Source of the DNA: Solirubrobacterales bacterium | Lineage (GTDB): Bacteria > Actinomycetota > Thermoleophilia > Solirubrobacterales > 70-9 | Assembly (NCBI GenBank): GCA_040904405.1 | Contig: JBBDTK010000018.1 | Coordinates: forward strand, 2,090-56,007 | Length of the DNA: 53,918 bases | Direction: 5' to 3' | Shown: positions 7,578 through 16,645 of the stretch, in pieces | Position numbering within the stretch: the first letter of the stretch is position 1 | Layout: each line of letters starts with the position of its first letter | Position numbers and translations under genes: made by a program | The notes under the pieces: generated by a model | Database searches by the model: none | What the model saw: only the letters and a program-made list of their open reading frames with translations | Told to the model about the DNA's origin: nothing

Positions 7578-8560
7578 CAGCCGAGCGCCTGGCCGTACTG
7601 CTTCTCGTAGTACTCGCGATACTCGCCGGAGCGGATCGGCCCCCACCACTGCTCGTTCTCCCGGTACCACGCCACCGTCCGCTCCAGGCCCTCGGCGAAG
7701 TGGACCTGGGCCTCCCAGCCGAGCTCCTCGCGCAGCTTGTCGGAGGCGAGCGAGTAGCGGCGGTCGTGGCCGGGGCGGTCCTTGACGTACTCGATCAGCG
7801 ACTCGTCGGCGCCGGTCAGCTCGATCACCCGCTTGACCACCTCGATGTTCTCGCACTCGTCGGGGCCGCCGACGTTGTAGGCCTCGCCCGGGCGGCCCTC
7901 GAGCAGCACCGTGTGGATGCCGCGGCAGAAGTCCTCTACGTAGAGCCAGTTGCGCACCTGGCGGCCGTCGCCGTAGACCGGCAGCGGGTCGCCGTGGACG
8001 GCGTTCAGGACGATCAGCGGGATCAGCTTCTCCGGGTACTGGCGCGGGCCGTAGTTGTTCGAGCCGCGCACGATCGAGGCCTCGATCCCGTAGGTGTGGA
8101 CATGGGCGGTGACGAGCAGGTCGCCGGCCGCCTTGGTGGCCGAGTACGGCGAGGAGGGGTCGAGTGGCGAGGTCTCGGTGAACGAGCCGGACTCGATCGA
8201 GCCGTAGACCTCGTCGGTGGACACCTGCAGGTAGCGGGCGACGCCGAGCTCGCGGGCGGCGTCGAGCAAGGTGCCGGTGCCGATCACGTGGGTGCGGGCG
8301 AAGGCGTCCTGGTCGTCGATCGAGCGGTCGACGTGGGACTCGGCGGCGAAGTTGACGACGGCGTCACAGCCCTGCATCGCCTCGCGCACGACCGCCGGGT
8401 CCTCGATCGCCCCCTCGACCAGGTCGGTCCCCTCGGGCAGGTTCTCGCGGCGGCCGGCGTAGGTGAGCTTGTCGAGCACCCGCACCTGGTGCTCGTCGCC
8501 GAGCAGGCGCACGTAGGTGGAGCCGATGAAGCCGGCGGCGCCGGTGACGAGGATCTTCAC
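7577..8560 (-). CDS. rmlB: dTDP-glucose 4,6-dehydratase
   Basis: GTG at 8560 overlaps the rmlD stop (GTGA). Sequence is VKILVTGAAGFIGS…SHVDRS…STDEVYG…PYSATKAAGD…DRPGHDRRY. Confidence 0.92.
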   Translation of the reverse strand: MKILVTGAAGFIGSTYVRLLGDEHQVRVLDKLTYAGRRENLPEGTDLVEGAIEDPAVVREAMQGCDAVVNFAAESHVDRSIDDQDAFARTHVIGTGTLLDAARELGVARYLQVSTDEVYGSIESGSFTETSPLDPSSPYSATKAAGDLLVTAHVHTYGIEASIVRGSNNYGPRQYPEKLIPLIVLNAVHGDPLPVYGDGRQVRNWLYVEDFCRGIHTVLLEGRPGEAYNVGGPDECENIEVVKRVIELTGADESLIEYVKDRPGHDRRYSLASDKLREELGWEAQVHFAEGLERTVAWYRENEQWWGPIRSGEYREYYEKQYGQALG

Positions 8561-9411
8561 GCCGCGGCCTCGCTCTCGCTGCGGCGCTGGGCGAGGTAGG
8601 CGGCGAGGCCGTCCTGCCAGGAGGGCAGCTCGATCGGGTGCTGGCGCTGGCTCGCCAGCGCCGAGAGGGCGGGCCGCGGCGCCGGGCGGCCGAGCATCTC
8701 GGTCGTCGCCGACATCACCTTGCACTCGACTTTCGCCTGCTCGAAGATCTCACGCGCGAACTCGTACCAGGAACAGGCGCCGGCTGCGGCCATGTGGTGG
8801 ATGCCGAACTCGACTCCCTCGATCAGGCGGACGATGCCGTAGGCGAGGTGCCAGGTGTAGGTGGGGGAGCCGACCTGGTCGCGGACGACCAGAACCTCGC
8901 CGTGGTCGGCGGCGAGGCGCAGCATCGTCTCGACGAAGTTGGGGCCGGCCGTGCCGAAGAGCCAGGAGGAGCGGACGACGAAGTGGCGCTTGTTGGCGGC
9001 CCGGGTCGCCTCCTCGCCGGCCAGCTTGGAGCGGCCGTAGGCGGAGAGCGGCGCGGTCTGGTCGGTCTCGACATAGGGCGAGTCCTTGCTGCCGTCGAAG
9101 ACGTAGTCGCTGGAGACGTAGACGACCGAGGCGCCGACGGCGGCAGCCGCGGTGGCGACGTTGCCGGCGCCCCCGCCGTTGATCTCCGTCGCCTCCTCCT
9201 CGTGCTCCTCGGCGCCGTCGACGTCGGTCCAGGCGGCGCAGTTGATCACCACGTCGGGCCGCTCGGCCTCGATCTTCGCCGCGCACGTCTCCGCCTCGGC
9301 GACGTCGAGCTCGTTGTGGCCGAAGCCGACCACCTGGTGGCCGGCGTTGCCTGCGGCGAGCATCACGTCGCGGCCCAGCATGCCGGCGGCCCCTGCCACG
9401 AGCAGCTTCAT
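8557..9411 (-). CDS. rmlD: dTDP-4-dehydrorhamnose reductase
   Basis: ATG at 9411 overlaps the rmlA stop (ATGA). Sequence is MKLLVAGAAGMLG…VINCAAWTDVDGAE…VYVSSDYVFDG…YGRSKLAGE…VVRSSWLFG. Confidence 0.9.
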   Translation of the reverse strand: MKLLVAGAAGMLGRDVMLAAGNAGHQVVGFGHNELDVAEAETCAAKIEAERPDVVINCAAWTDVDGAEEHEEEATEINGGGAGNVATAAAAVGASVVYVSSDYVFDGSKDSPYVETDQTAPLSAYGRSKLAGEEATRAANKRHFVVRSSWLFGTAGPNFVETMLRLAADHGEVLVVRDQVGSPTYTWHLAYGIVRLIEGVEFGIHHMAAAGACSWYEFAREIFEQAKVECKVMSATTEMLGRPAPRPALSALASQRQHPIELPSWQDGLAAYLAQRRSESEAAA

Positions 9412-10487
9412 CAGATGATCTTGATCTCGGACTTGTCGCCGACCAGCATCCGCAGGGTCTTCGGCATCCCCTCGCTGCGGGTCAGCTTCACTTCGCGGCC
9501 CAGCAGGCTGGCCTCCATCCGCGTGCCGAGGTCCTCGACGACCGAGCCGGCGAGGACGATCGAGTGCTCGATTTCGGAGCGGCAGATGCGGACGTTCTCG
9601 CCGATCGAGGTGTAGGGGCCGACATAGGCGTTCTCGATCCGGGCGCCGGCGCCGATCACGGCCGGGCCGCGCACCACCGACCCGGTCAGGACCGCGCCGC
9701 TCTCGACCACCACCCGCCCCTCGACCCGCGAGGCCTGGTCGACCTCGCCCTCGATCCGCAGTTCGATCTCCTCGAGGACGAGCCTGTTCGCCTCCAGCAT
9801 GTCGGCGAGCTGGCCGGTGTCCTTCCACCAGCCGCTGACCACCTCCGAGTTCACCTTGTGGCCGTCCTCGATCAGGGCCTGGATCGCCTCGGTGATCTCG
9901 TACTCGCCGCGCCAGGACGGCTCGAGCGCGCGCGCCGCCTCGAAGATCGCCGGCTGGAAGAGGTAGACGCCGACCAGGGCGAGGTTGGAGGGCGGCTCCT
10001 TCGGCTTCTCGACCAGGCGGACGATGCGCTCGCCGTCGAGCTCGGCGACCCCGTAGTGCTCGGGGTCGGCGACCGGGGTGAGCAGGATCAGCGCGTCGGG
10101 CTCGTCGCGGCGGAAGGCCTCGACCAGGCCGCGCAGCCCGTCGGCGAGCAGGTTGTCGCCGAGGTACATGACGAAGGGCGAGTCGCCGATGAACTCCTCC
10201 GCGGTCAGCACCGCGTGCGCCAGCCCGGCCGGCTTGTCCTGGACGATGTAGGTGATCTCGGCCCCGAAGCCGGCGCCGTCGCCCGCCGCGGCGCGGATCT
10301 CGTCGCCGGTCTCCGGCGCGATGATGATCCCGATCTCCTTGACCCCGGCCTCGACCAGCGCCTCGATCCCGTAGAAGAGCACGGGCTTGTTGGCGACGGG
10401 CACCAGCTGCTTCGCCGAGGTGTGGGTGATCGGGCGCAGCCGGGTGCCGGCCCCGCCGGAGAGGATCAGGCCTTTGAGCGGCTCCAT
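9411..10487 (-). CDS. rmlA: Glucose-1-phosphate thymidylyltransferase, long form (~358 aa with C-terminal left-handed beta-helix)
   Basis: ATG at 10487. Sequence is MEPLKGLILSGGAGTRLRPITHTSAKQLVPVANKPVLFY…VQDKPAGLAHAV…YLGDN. The C-terminus has hexapeptide-like repeats. Confidence 0.88.
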   Translation of the reverse strand: MEPLKGLILSGGAGTRLRPITHTSAKQLVPVANKPVLFYGIEALVEAGVKEIGIIIAPETGDEIRAAAGDGAGFGAEITYIVQDKPAGLAHAVLTAEEFIGDSPFVMYLGDNLLADGLRGLVEAFRRDEPDALILLTPVADPEHYGVAELDGERIVRLVEKPKEPPSNLALVGVYLFQPAIFEAARALEPSWRGEYEITEAIQALIEDGHKVNSEVVSGWWKDTGQLADMLEANRLVLEEIELRIEGEVDQASRVEGRVVVESGAVLTGSVVRGPAVIGAGARIENAYVGPYTSIGENVRICRSEIEHSIVLAGSVVEDLGTRMEASLLGREVKLTRSEGMPKTLRMLVGDKSEIKII

Positions 10488-10604
10488 GCGAGGCTGCAAC
10501 CCTACTGCGCCCACCGCAGCCAAGCCCTCGCCATACAGTTTCACGGACCCTTACCAGCTCATTTCACGGAGGCTTGCTCCCCAGAGCTACCCAAATTCTC
10601 TCGC

Positions 10605-11534
10605 ATGCGACCGGCGATCTACATCCCCCACCACAACGGCGCCGAGCGGCTGGCTCGGGCGCTGCGCAGCCTGCGCGGGCAGAGCCGGCCGGTCGACGTG
10701 GTCGTCGTCGACAACGGATCCTGCGACGGCTCGCGTGAGCTGGCTCGCGAGGAGTTCCCCGAGGTCGAGCTGGTCGAGCTGGGACGGAACCTGGGCTTCG
10801 GCCCGGCGATCAACCGCGCGGTCGCGCAGCACCCCGCCGACCCGCTGATCCTGCTCAACGACGATGTCGAGTGCGAGCCGCGCTTCGTCGAGGCGCTGCT
10901 CGACGCGGCCGCCGAGGGGGCCGAGTCGGTCGCCGGAGTGCTCACGCAGGAGACCGCGCCGGGGCTGATCGACTCCGCGGGGGTCGTCGCCGACCGCACG
11001 CTGATGGGCTTCGACTACCTGCACGGCGAGCCGGTCGCGGCGGCGGACTCGGCGCCCGACCCGCTCGGGCCGAGCGGCGGCGCGGCGCTCTACCGGCTCG
11101 ATGCCTTCCGCGCCGCCGGCGGCTTCGACGAGCGCATCTTCCTCTACTACGAGGACCTCGACCTGGCGCTGCGGTTGCGCGCCGCCGGCGCCCACTGCCG
11201 CCTCGCCCCCGAGGCGCGCGCCGTCCACGCCTACTCGGCCAGCCTCGGCGCCGGCAGCGGCGGCAAGTACGCCCACACCGGCTGGAGCCGCGGCTACATG
11301 CTGCGCCGCTACGGCGTCCTCTCGAGCCCGCGCCGGGCGCTGCGGGCGCTCGCCGCCGAGGCGGCGATCTGCGCCGGCCAGCTGCTCGCCGACCGCACCG
11401 CGGCCGGCCTGACCGGCCGCCTGCGCGGCTGGCGCGACGGCGGAGGGCTGGAGCGGCGCGACGCGGGCGAGGCCCCCCTGCTCGAGATCTCCCTGCGCGA
11501 GGCGTTGGCCCTGCGCCGTCGCCGACGGGAATGA
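10605..11534 (+). CDS. Family 2 glycosyltransferase
   Basis: ATG 10605. Sequence is MRPAIYIPHHNGAERL…VVVVDNGSCDGS…NLGFGPAINRA…LLNDDVE…GGAALYR…YYEDLDLALR. The upstream part of ORF 9564-11534 is antisense to rmlA. Confidence 0.85.
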   Translation: MRPAIYIPHHNGAERLARALRSLRGQSRPVDVVVVDNGSCDGSRELAREEFPEVELVELGRNLGFGPAINRAVAQHPADPLILLNDDVECEPRFVEALLDAAAEGAESVAGVLTQETAPGLIDSAGVVADRTLMGFDYLHGEPVAAADSAPDPLGPSGGAALYRLDAFRAAGGFDERIFLYYEDLDLALRLRAAGAHCRLAPEARAVHAYSASLGAGSGGKYAHTGWSRGYMLRRYGVLSSPRRALRALAAEAAICAGQLLADRTAAGLTGRLRGWRDGGGLERRDAGEAPLLEISLREALALRRRRRE

Positions 11535-11555
11535 TTCGCTAATCTTCTAGCGAAT
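11534..11555 (+). promoter_or_regulatory. 8-bp-stem hairpin (ATTCGCTA-atcttc-TAGCGAAT) spanning exactly from the GT2 stop to the Fic start codon
   Basis: The left arm begins with the last base of TGA (11532-11534). The right arm ends with the AT of ATG (11554-11556). The stretch is AT-rich, and no Shine-Dalgarno sequence is visible upstream of the fic gene. Confidence 0.35.
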
Positions 11556-12759
11556 GCTATTACCTTTCGATCCCCGCCAGTTCCACGACGACGTCGTCGA
11601 GCTCGACGCCTGGTACGAGCGGCTTGCCGCGCGTCAGACCTGGGCCGAGCGAGGCTGGCCGCAACGGCTGCGGCGTGAGCTGGAGGCCGAGGCGATCGCC
11701 CACTCGACCCGGATCGAGGGGGTGCCGGTGACCGTCGACCAGGTGCGGCGCATTCTCGGCGGCGACCCGCCCGCGGAGGTGGCGGCTTCCGACCGGGATC
11801 TCGTCGAGGGGTACCGCGACGCGGTGGTCCTCGCTCAACGCCGCGCCGACGATCCCGGCTTCGTCTGGCATCGTGCCGAGCTGATCGCACTTCAGGGCAG
11901 CGCGATGCGCGGCACCCCGGTCGCGGGGGCGCTGCGCGGCGGCGAGGTCTACATCGCGCGGGGGAGCGAGGTCGTGTTCACGCCGCCCCCGGCCACACAG
12001 GTGCCCGCCCTGCTGGACGCCGCCTGCGAGCGGGCAGAGGCGCTCGGCGCCGGCGCGCACCCGGCGCTCGCGGCAGCCTGGATCCATGTGGCCGTCGCGG
12101 CGATCCACCCCTTCGCCGACGGCAACGGCCGCACGGCGCGGCTCTGCACGACGCTCGCGATGTGCCGCGGAGGTCGCCCGGCGCCGTTCGCCTCCTCGCT
12201 CGAGGAGTGGTGGGGCAACCACACGACCGACTACTACGCCGCGTTCGGGTGCCTGGGCAGCCGCTTCGACGACGACGCCGACGTGACTCCGTTCGTCGCC
12301 GCCCACCTGCGGGCGCAGCTCGCCCAGGCGCGGGCGCTCGACCTGCGCGAGGCGGCCGAGCGTCGCCTCTGGCGGCTCTGCGCTGTCCTCGCCGAGAGCC
12401 ACAGCCTCCCCGAGCGGGCCGGCAACGCGCTCTGGGAGGCGTTCTTCGGTCGCGAGGTGTCGGCGCGCTACTACGGCGAAGTCTGCGACGTCAGCCCGGC
12501 CACGGCTCGCAACGACCTCGCGGCGTTGGTCGCCGCGGGTGCGTTCGAGGCCTCCGGGCGCACCCGGGGGCGGACCTACCTGCCCACAGGGATGGCGGTC
12601 GGCGCGATCGCCGAGCGCCTCGACGTCGATCCCGGCGAAGACGAGACCGCCGCGCTTCGCCACCGTGCGCTGGCCGCCCTCGCCGACCGGGTCCGCGCCG
12701 AGGCGTCCCCCGCCCCCGGCCCGCCGGAGGGGCGGGGGCGGATATCGTCGCGGCGGTGA
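11554..12759 (+). CDS. Fic-domain protein (class II, N-terminal inhibitory helix; C-terminal winged-helix-like region)
   Basis: Exact Fic motif HPFADGNGRTAR. Upstream STRIEG matches the inhibitory (S/T)xxxE(G/N) motif. The C-terminus SPATARNDLAALVAAGAFEASGRTRGRTY is wHTH-like. Confidence 0.88.
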   Translation: MLLPFDPRQFHDDVVELDAWYERLAARQTWAERGWPQRLRRELEAEAIAHSTRIEGVPVTVDQVRRILGGDPPAEVAASDRDLVEGYRDAVVLAQRRADDPGFVWHRAELIALQGSAMRGTPVAGALRGGEVYIARGSEVVFTPPPATQVPALLDAACERAEALGAGAHPALAAAWIHVAVAAIHPFADGNGRTARLCTTLAMCRGGRPAPFASSLEEWWGNHTTDYYAAFGCLGSRFDDDADVTPFVAAHLRAQLAQARALDLREAAERRLWRLCAVLAESHSLPERAGNALWEAFFGREVSARYYGEVCDVSPATARNDLAALVAAGAFEASGRTRGRTYLPTGMAVGAIAERLDVDPGEDETAALRHRALAALADRVRAEASPAPGPPEGRGRISSRR

Positions 12760-13574
12760 GCACGACTCCCGACCCGCCGGCGGTCGACGTGGCGATCGTC
12801 AACTGGAACACGCCCGAGGCGGCCGGCGCCTCGGCGCGGGCCTTCCTCGCCTCCACCGACGTAACGCCGCGGCTGACCGTGATCGACAACGATTCCGCGG
12901 CCGACGCGAAGGCCGAGCTCGAGTCCCGGCTGCCGGCGCAGGCGCGGCTGATCCTCAGCCAGGCCAATCTCGGCTTCGGCGCCGGGGCGAATCTGGCCCT
13001 GCGCGACGGCGATGCCGAGCTGGTCTGCGTCAGCAACGCCGACGTGGTCCCGGAGCCCGGCGCCCTCGCCGCCCTGGCAGAGGCTTCCGCCGAGCGCCGC
13101 GACGCCGGCATGGTCGGCCCCGCGTTCGCCGACGAGAGCGCCTACCACGCGCGGCTGCCCTCGCCCGGGGCGCTGGCCCTGAGGCCGCTGATCGGGGGCT
13201 TCCGCCACCGCTCGGTTCGCTCGCCCGGCAACGGCAGCTGCATCGAGGTCGGGCAACCGGCCGGCGCCTGCTTCCTGATGCGGCGGCGGACCTGGGAGCA
13301 GGTGGGCGGCTTCGACGAGGGCTTCTTCCTCTGGTATGAGGACGTCGACCTGGCCCGCCGGCTGCGCGACGCCGGGCTGCGCAACTACGTCTGCGGGGCG
13401 GCCGTGGTCAGCCACAGGGGAGGCCTCGCCGCCGACTCGATGAGCGACGCCGAGCGCCAGGCGGCGCGCCTCGCCGGGCTGCGCCGCTATCTCGAGAAGC
13501 ACCACCCGCGGACCGGTCGCCTCAGCGCCCCGCTGTTCGCGCTCGGCCAGCGCCTCCGGGTCGGGCGATCGTGA
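12756..13574 (+). CDS. Family 2 glycosyltransferase
   Basis: GTG 12756 overlaps the Fic stop (GTGA). Sequence is VDVAIVNWNT…VIDNDSAD…NLGFGAGANLA…VSNADV…GACFLMRR…WYEDVDLARR. Confidence 0.85.
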   Translation: MSTTPDPPAVDVAIVNWNTPEAAGASARAFLASTDVTPRLTVIDNDSAADAKAELESRLPAQARLILSQANLGFGAGANLALRDGDAELVCVSNADVVPEPGALAALAEASAERRDAGMVGPAFADESAYHARLPSPGALALRPLIGGFRHRSVRSPGNGSCIEVGQPAGACFLMRRRTWEQVGGFDEGFFLWYEDVDLARRLRDAGLRNYVCGAAVVSHRGGLAADSMSDAERQAARLAGLRRYLEKHHPRTGRLSAPLFALGQRLRVGRS

Positions 13575-14422
13575 CCGGGCCGGACCGCCGCGGGCGGACC
13601 CGGGCGCAGGCGATCTACGTCGCCAAGGCGGCGGGGCGGCGGCTCGCCTGGGCGCCCGCTGACCTGCTCCGGCTGCTTCGCGCCGACGGTCGGCGGCTGC
13701 CCCCGCGCGGGCTCTCGTTCGTCGGCCGCAGCGATTTCGAGCAGACCGGCGCCGAGTTCCTCGCGCACTTCCGGGAGCTGGGCGGGCTGGCCCCGACCGA
13801 CCGGGTGCTCGACGTCGGCTGCGGGATCGGGCGGATGGCGATCCCGCTCACCGGCTACCTGCAGGGGGGCTCCTACGAGGGGTTCGACGTCGGTCGCGAG
13901 ATGATCCGCTGGTGCCGGCGCCACGTGACGCCCCGCCACCCCGACTTCCGCTTCACCTGGGTGCCGATCTACAACCGCAAGTACAACCCCTTCGGCTCGA
14001 TCTCTGCGACCGAGTTCCGCTTCCCCTACGACGACGACTCGTTCGACTTCGCGCTGGCGACGTCGCTGTTCACGCACCTGACGCCGGCCGACGCGCGGCA
14101 CTACCTCGGTGAGCTCGGTCGCGTGCTGCGGCCCGGCGCGAAGTCGCTTCTCACCTTCTTTCTCGTCACCCCGGACTCGCAACGGGCGATGGAGGCGGGG
14201 CGCGCCGCCTTCCGATTCCAGCCCGACAGCGACGGGGCGCTGACGATCGACCCCCGCCTGCCCGAGGAGGCCGTCGCCTTCTCACTCGAGCAGATCGAGC
14301 CGATGCTCGGCGAGGCCGGCCTCTCGGCGCTCGAGCCGATCCACCCCGGCGAGTGGGCCGGCACGCCCGGGGCGCGGAGCTTCCAGGACATCGTGATCGC
14401 CCAGGCGCGGAACCGGCAGTGA
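13571..14422 (+). CDS. Class I SAM-dependent methyltransferase
   Basis: GTGA overlap with the upstream GT2. Motif I is VLDVGCGIGRMA. FDFALATSLFTHL and LRPGA are also present. Confidence 0.85.
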   Translation: MTGPDRRGRTRAQAIYVAKAAGRRLAWAPADLLRLLRADGRRLPPRGLSFVGRSDFEQTGAEFLAHFRELGGLAPTDRVLDVGCGIGRMAIPLTGYLQGGSYEGFDVGREMIRWCRRHVTPRHPDFRFTWVPIYNRKYNPFGSISATEFRFPYDDDSFDFALATSLFTHLTPADARHYLGELGRVLRPGAKSLLTFFLVTPDSQRAMEAGRAAFRFQPDSDGALTIDPRLPEEAVAFSLEQIEPMLGEAGLSALEPIHPGEWAGTPGARSFQDIVIAQARNRQ

Positions 14423-14479
14423 TTCGACGACCGCCCGCCCGGACCTCGCCGAGGTGCCGGTCTTCGTCGCTCCCGAGGG

Positions 14480-15787
14480 GTGGACGATGACCGTTTCCTG
14501 CGCCCGCCTGGGCGCACCGACGAACCGCGACCAGGCTACGCCCGTCGTGCGGCCGCGCTAGCGTTTCGCGCCGTGCCGTCGCCTGCGACAGCCATCCAGG
14601 TCGAGGGACTGCACAAGGCGTTCCGCATCCCGACGCACCGGATCGACTCGCTGAAAGAGCGGGTCGTGAGGCCCTTCGCGCCGCGCGAATACCGAGAGCT
14701 GCGCGCCCTCGACGGTGTCTCGTTCGAGGTTGCGCGAGGCGAGTTCTTCGGAATCGTCGGCCGCAACGGCTCCGGCAAGAGCACGCTGCTGAAGCTGCTC
14801 GCCAGCATCTACCGGGCGGACGCCGGCAGGATCCGCATGGCCGGGCGGCTGGCTCCGTTCATCGAGCTCGGGGTCGGCTTCAACCTCGAGCTGACCGCGC
14901 GCGAGAACGTCGTCATCAACGGCGTGATGATGGGCCTCACCCCGCGGGAGAGCCGTGAGCGGCTCGACGCGATCCTCGATTTCGCCGAGCTCGGCGAGTT
15001 CGTCGACCTGAGGCTGAAGAACTACTCGTCGGGCATGCTGGTCCGGCTCGCCTTCTCCCTGCTGATGGAGGTCGACGCCGACGTGCTGCTGATCGACGAG
15101 GTGCTGGCGGTCGGCGACGCCGCCTTCCAGCAGAAGTGCGGCGATGCCTTCCGCGAGATGAAAGCGCAGGGCAAGACGATCGTCCTGGTCACCCACGACA
15201 TGTCGACCGTCGAGCGCTTCTGCCACCGGGCGATGCTGATCGAGGACGGCCGGGTCCAGCATCTCGGCGAGCCGTCCGAGGTCGGCAGGCGCTACCTGCG
15301 GCTCAACTTCGAACGCGGCAGCGAGGTCGTCCCCGGGGCGACCGCGGAGGCGAGCGGCGAGGTCCGCCTGCTCGAAGTCTGGATCGAGGACGCCGACGGC
15401 GCCCGTCAGACGAATGTCGAGCACGGACAGCCGGTTCGGCTGCGTGTCGGGCTGGAAGCGCTGCGTGACCTGGACGGAATCGGCCTCGGCTTCATCCTTG
15501 CCAACGCCGACGGCGTCGGCGTCTTCCAGTTCGGCGTCGGGGTGCACCGTGCCGACGGTTCGCAGAATCTGGCCAAGGGGGAGCACGTCAACGTCAGCGT
15601 CGACCTCGAGAACCCGCTCGCTCCCGGGCGGTACTTCTTCCACACCGGCGTCAACAAGGTCGACAATGCCGGCGTCGCGCTCTATGTCCACAACGCGGTC
15701 GATTTCATCGTCTTCGGTGGCGAGTCGCAGTCGCGCGGGATCGTCTCGATCCCGTTCTCCGGCTCGGCCGTGGTCGAGGAGGCCTGA
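14480..15787 (+). CDS. wzt: Polysaccharide ABC exporter ATP-binding protein (Wzt/TagH type) with ~170-aa C-terminal extension
   Basis: Motifs are GIVGRNGSGKSTLLKL, YSSGMLVRLAFS and LLIDEVLAVGD. The C-terminal beta-rich domain (EVRLLEVWIED…GRYFFHTGV…) resembles glycan-cap-binding Wzt C-domains. An alternative start is GTG 14573. Confidence 0.9.
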   Translation: MDDDRFLRPPGRTDEPRPGYARRAAALAFRAVPSPATAIQVEGLHKAFRIPTHRIDSLKERVVRPFAPREYRELRALDGVSFEVARGEFFGIVGRNGSGKSTLLKLLASIYRADAGRIRMAGRLAPFIELGVGFNLELTARENVVINGVMMGLTPRESRERLDAILDFAELGEFVDLRLKNYSSGMLVRLAFSLLMEVDADVLLIDEVLAVGDAAFQQKCGDAFREMKAQGKTIVLVTHDMSTVERFCHRAMLIEDGRVQHLGEPSEVGRRYLRLNFERGSEVVPGATAEASGEVRLLEVWIEDADGARQTNVEHGQPVRLRVGLEALRDLDGIGLGFILANADGVGVFQFGVGVHRADGSQNLAKGEHVNVSVDLENPLAPGRYFFHTGVNKVDNAGVALYVHNAVDFIVFGGESQSRGIVSIPFSGSAVVEEA

Positions 15788-16641
15788 TGGCTGACGCAGC
15801 ATCCGCCACGGATCCAGAGCTGCGCGAGGTGCACGGCCCGTCGGCGCTCGGTGGCGGCCGGCAGCGCTTCCTCGACCTGCTCTGGCTGATGTCCGTGACC
15901 GAGTTCAAGCGCGTCTATTTCGGCACCGTGCTCGGTTACCTGTGGTCGCTGGTTCGCCCGCTGATGCTGTTCGGGGTGCTGCTCTTCGTCTTCACCCAGA
16001 TCTTCCGCATCGGCAGCCAGGTGCCCAACTACCCGGTGCTGCTGCTGCTCGGCATCGTCCTCTTCACCTTCTTCTCCGAAGCGACGCAGAACTCGGTCGG
16101 CTCGGTGGTCGCCCAGGAGGGGATCGTCCGCAAGACGCAGTTCCCGCGGCTGGTGATCCCGCTGGTCGTGGTCCTGACCGCGGCCTTCAACCTCTCGCTG
16201 AACCTGCTCGTCGTCTTCGTCTTCATCCTTGCCTGGGGAGTCGACCCGACCTGGACCTGGCTGCTGCTCGCCCCCGCGCTGGTGTTCCTCTTCGCGATCA
16301 CCACCGCGATGAGCATGCTGCTCTCGGTGATGTTCGTGCGCTTCCGCGACGTGCTGATCATCTGGGCGGTCGCGGCGCAGGTCCTCTTCTACGCCACGCC
16401 GATCCTCTACCCGATCGAAATCGTCCCCGAGAGCTACCAGCAGTGGCTCTTCGTCAACCCGCTGGCGGTGATCTTCGAGCAGATCCGCGTCTGGGTCCTC
16501 GACCCCAGCGCCCCGACCGCCGTGGACGTGGTCGGCGGCGTCGCGGGACTGATCCCCGCCACCGCGATCTTCGTCGGCGTCTGTGTGCTCGCGGTGTGGG
16601 CCTTCAACCGCGAGGCGCCGCGCATCGCCGAGAACCTCTAA
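15787..16641 (+). CDS. wzm: ABC-2 type polysaccharide exporter permease (Wzm type)
   Basis: ATGA overlap with wzt. About six TM helices are present. Sequence is LWLMSVTEFKRVYFGTVLGYLWSLVRP…VLFYATPILYP. Confidence 0.9.
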   Translation: MADAASATDPELREVHGPSALGGGRQRFLDLLWLMSVTEFKRVYFGTVLGYLWSLVRPLMLFGVLLFVFTQIFRIGSQVPNYPVLLLLGIVLFTFFSEATQNSVGSVVAQEGIVRKTQFPRLVIPLVVVLTAAFNLSLNLLVVFVFILAWGVDPTWTWLLLAPALVFLFAITTAMSMLLSVMFVRFRDVLIIWAVAAQVLFYATPILYPIEIVPESYQQWLFVNPLAVIFEQIRVWVLDPSAPTAVDVVGGVAGLIPATAIFVGVCVLAVWAFNREAPRIAENL

Positions 16642-16645
16642 CGGC

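Noticed and set aside
7578-7856. N-terminal extensions of rmlC. The same applies to rmlB to 8725, rmlD to 9828, rmlA to 10544, the GT2 to 23183, and the plus-strand ORFs 9564-10604, 12162-12755 and 26479-27108.
   Set aside because: The extensions are Arg/Pro/Gly-rich and overlap the upstream gene in another frame. Internal ATG/GTG starts coincide exactly with 4-nt ATGA/GTGA overlaps and with the conserved family N-termini.
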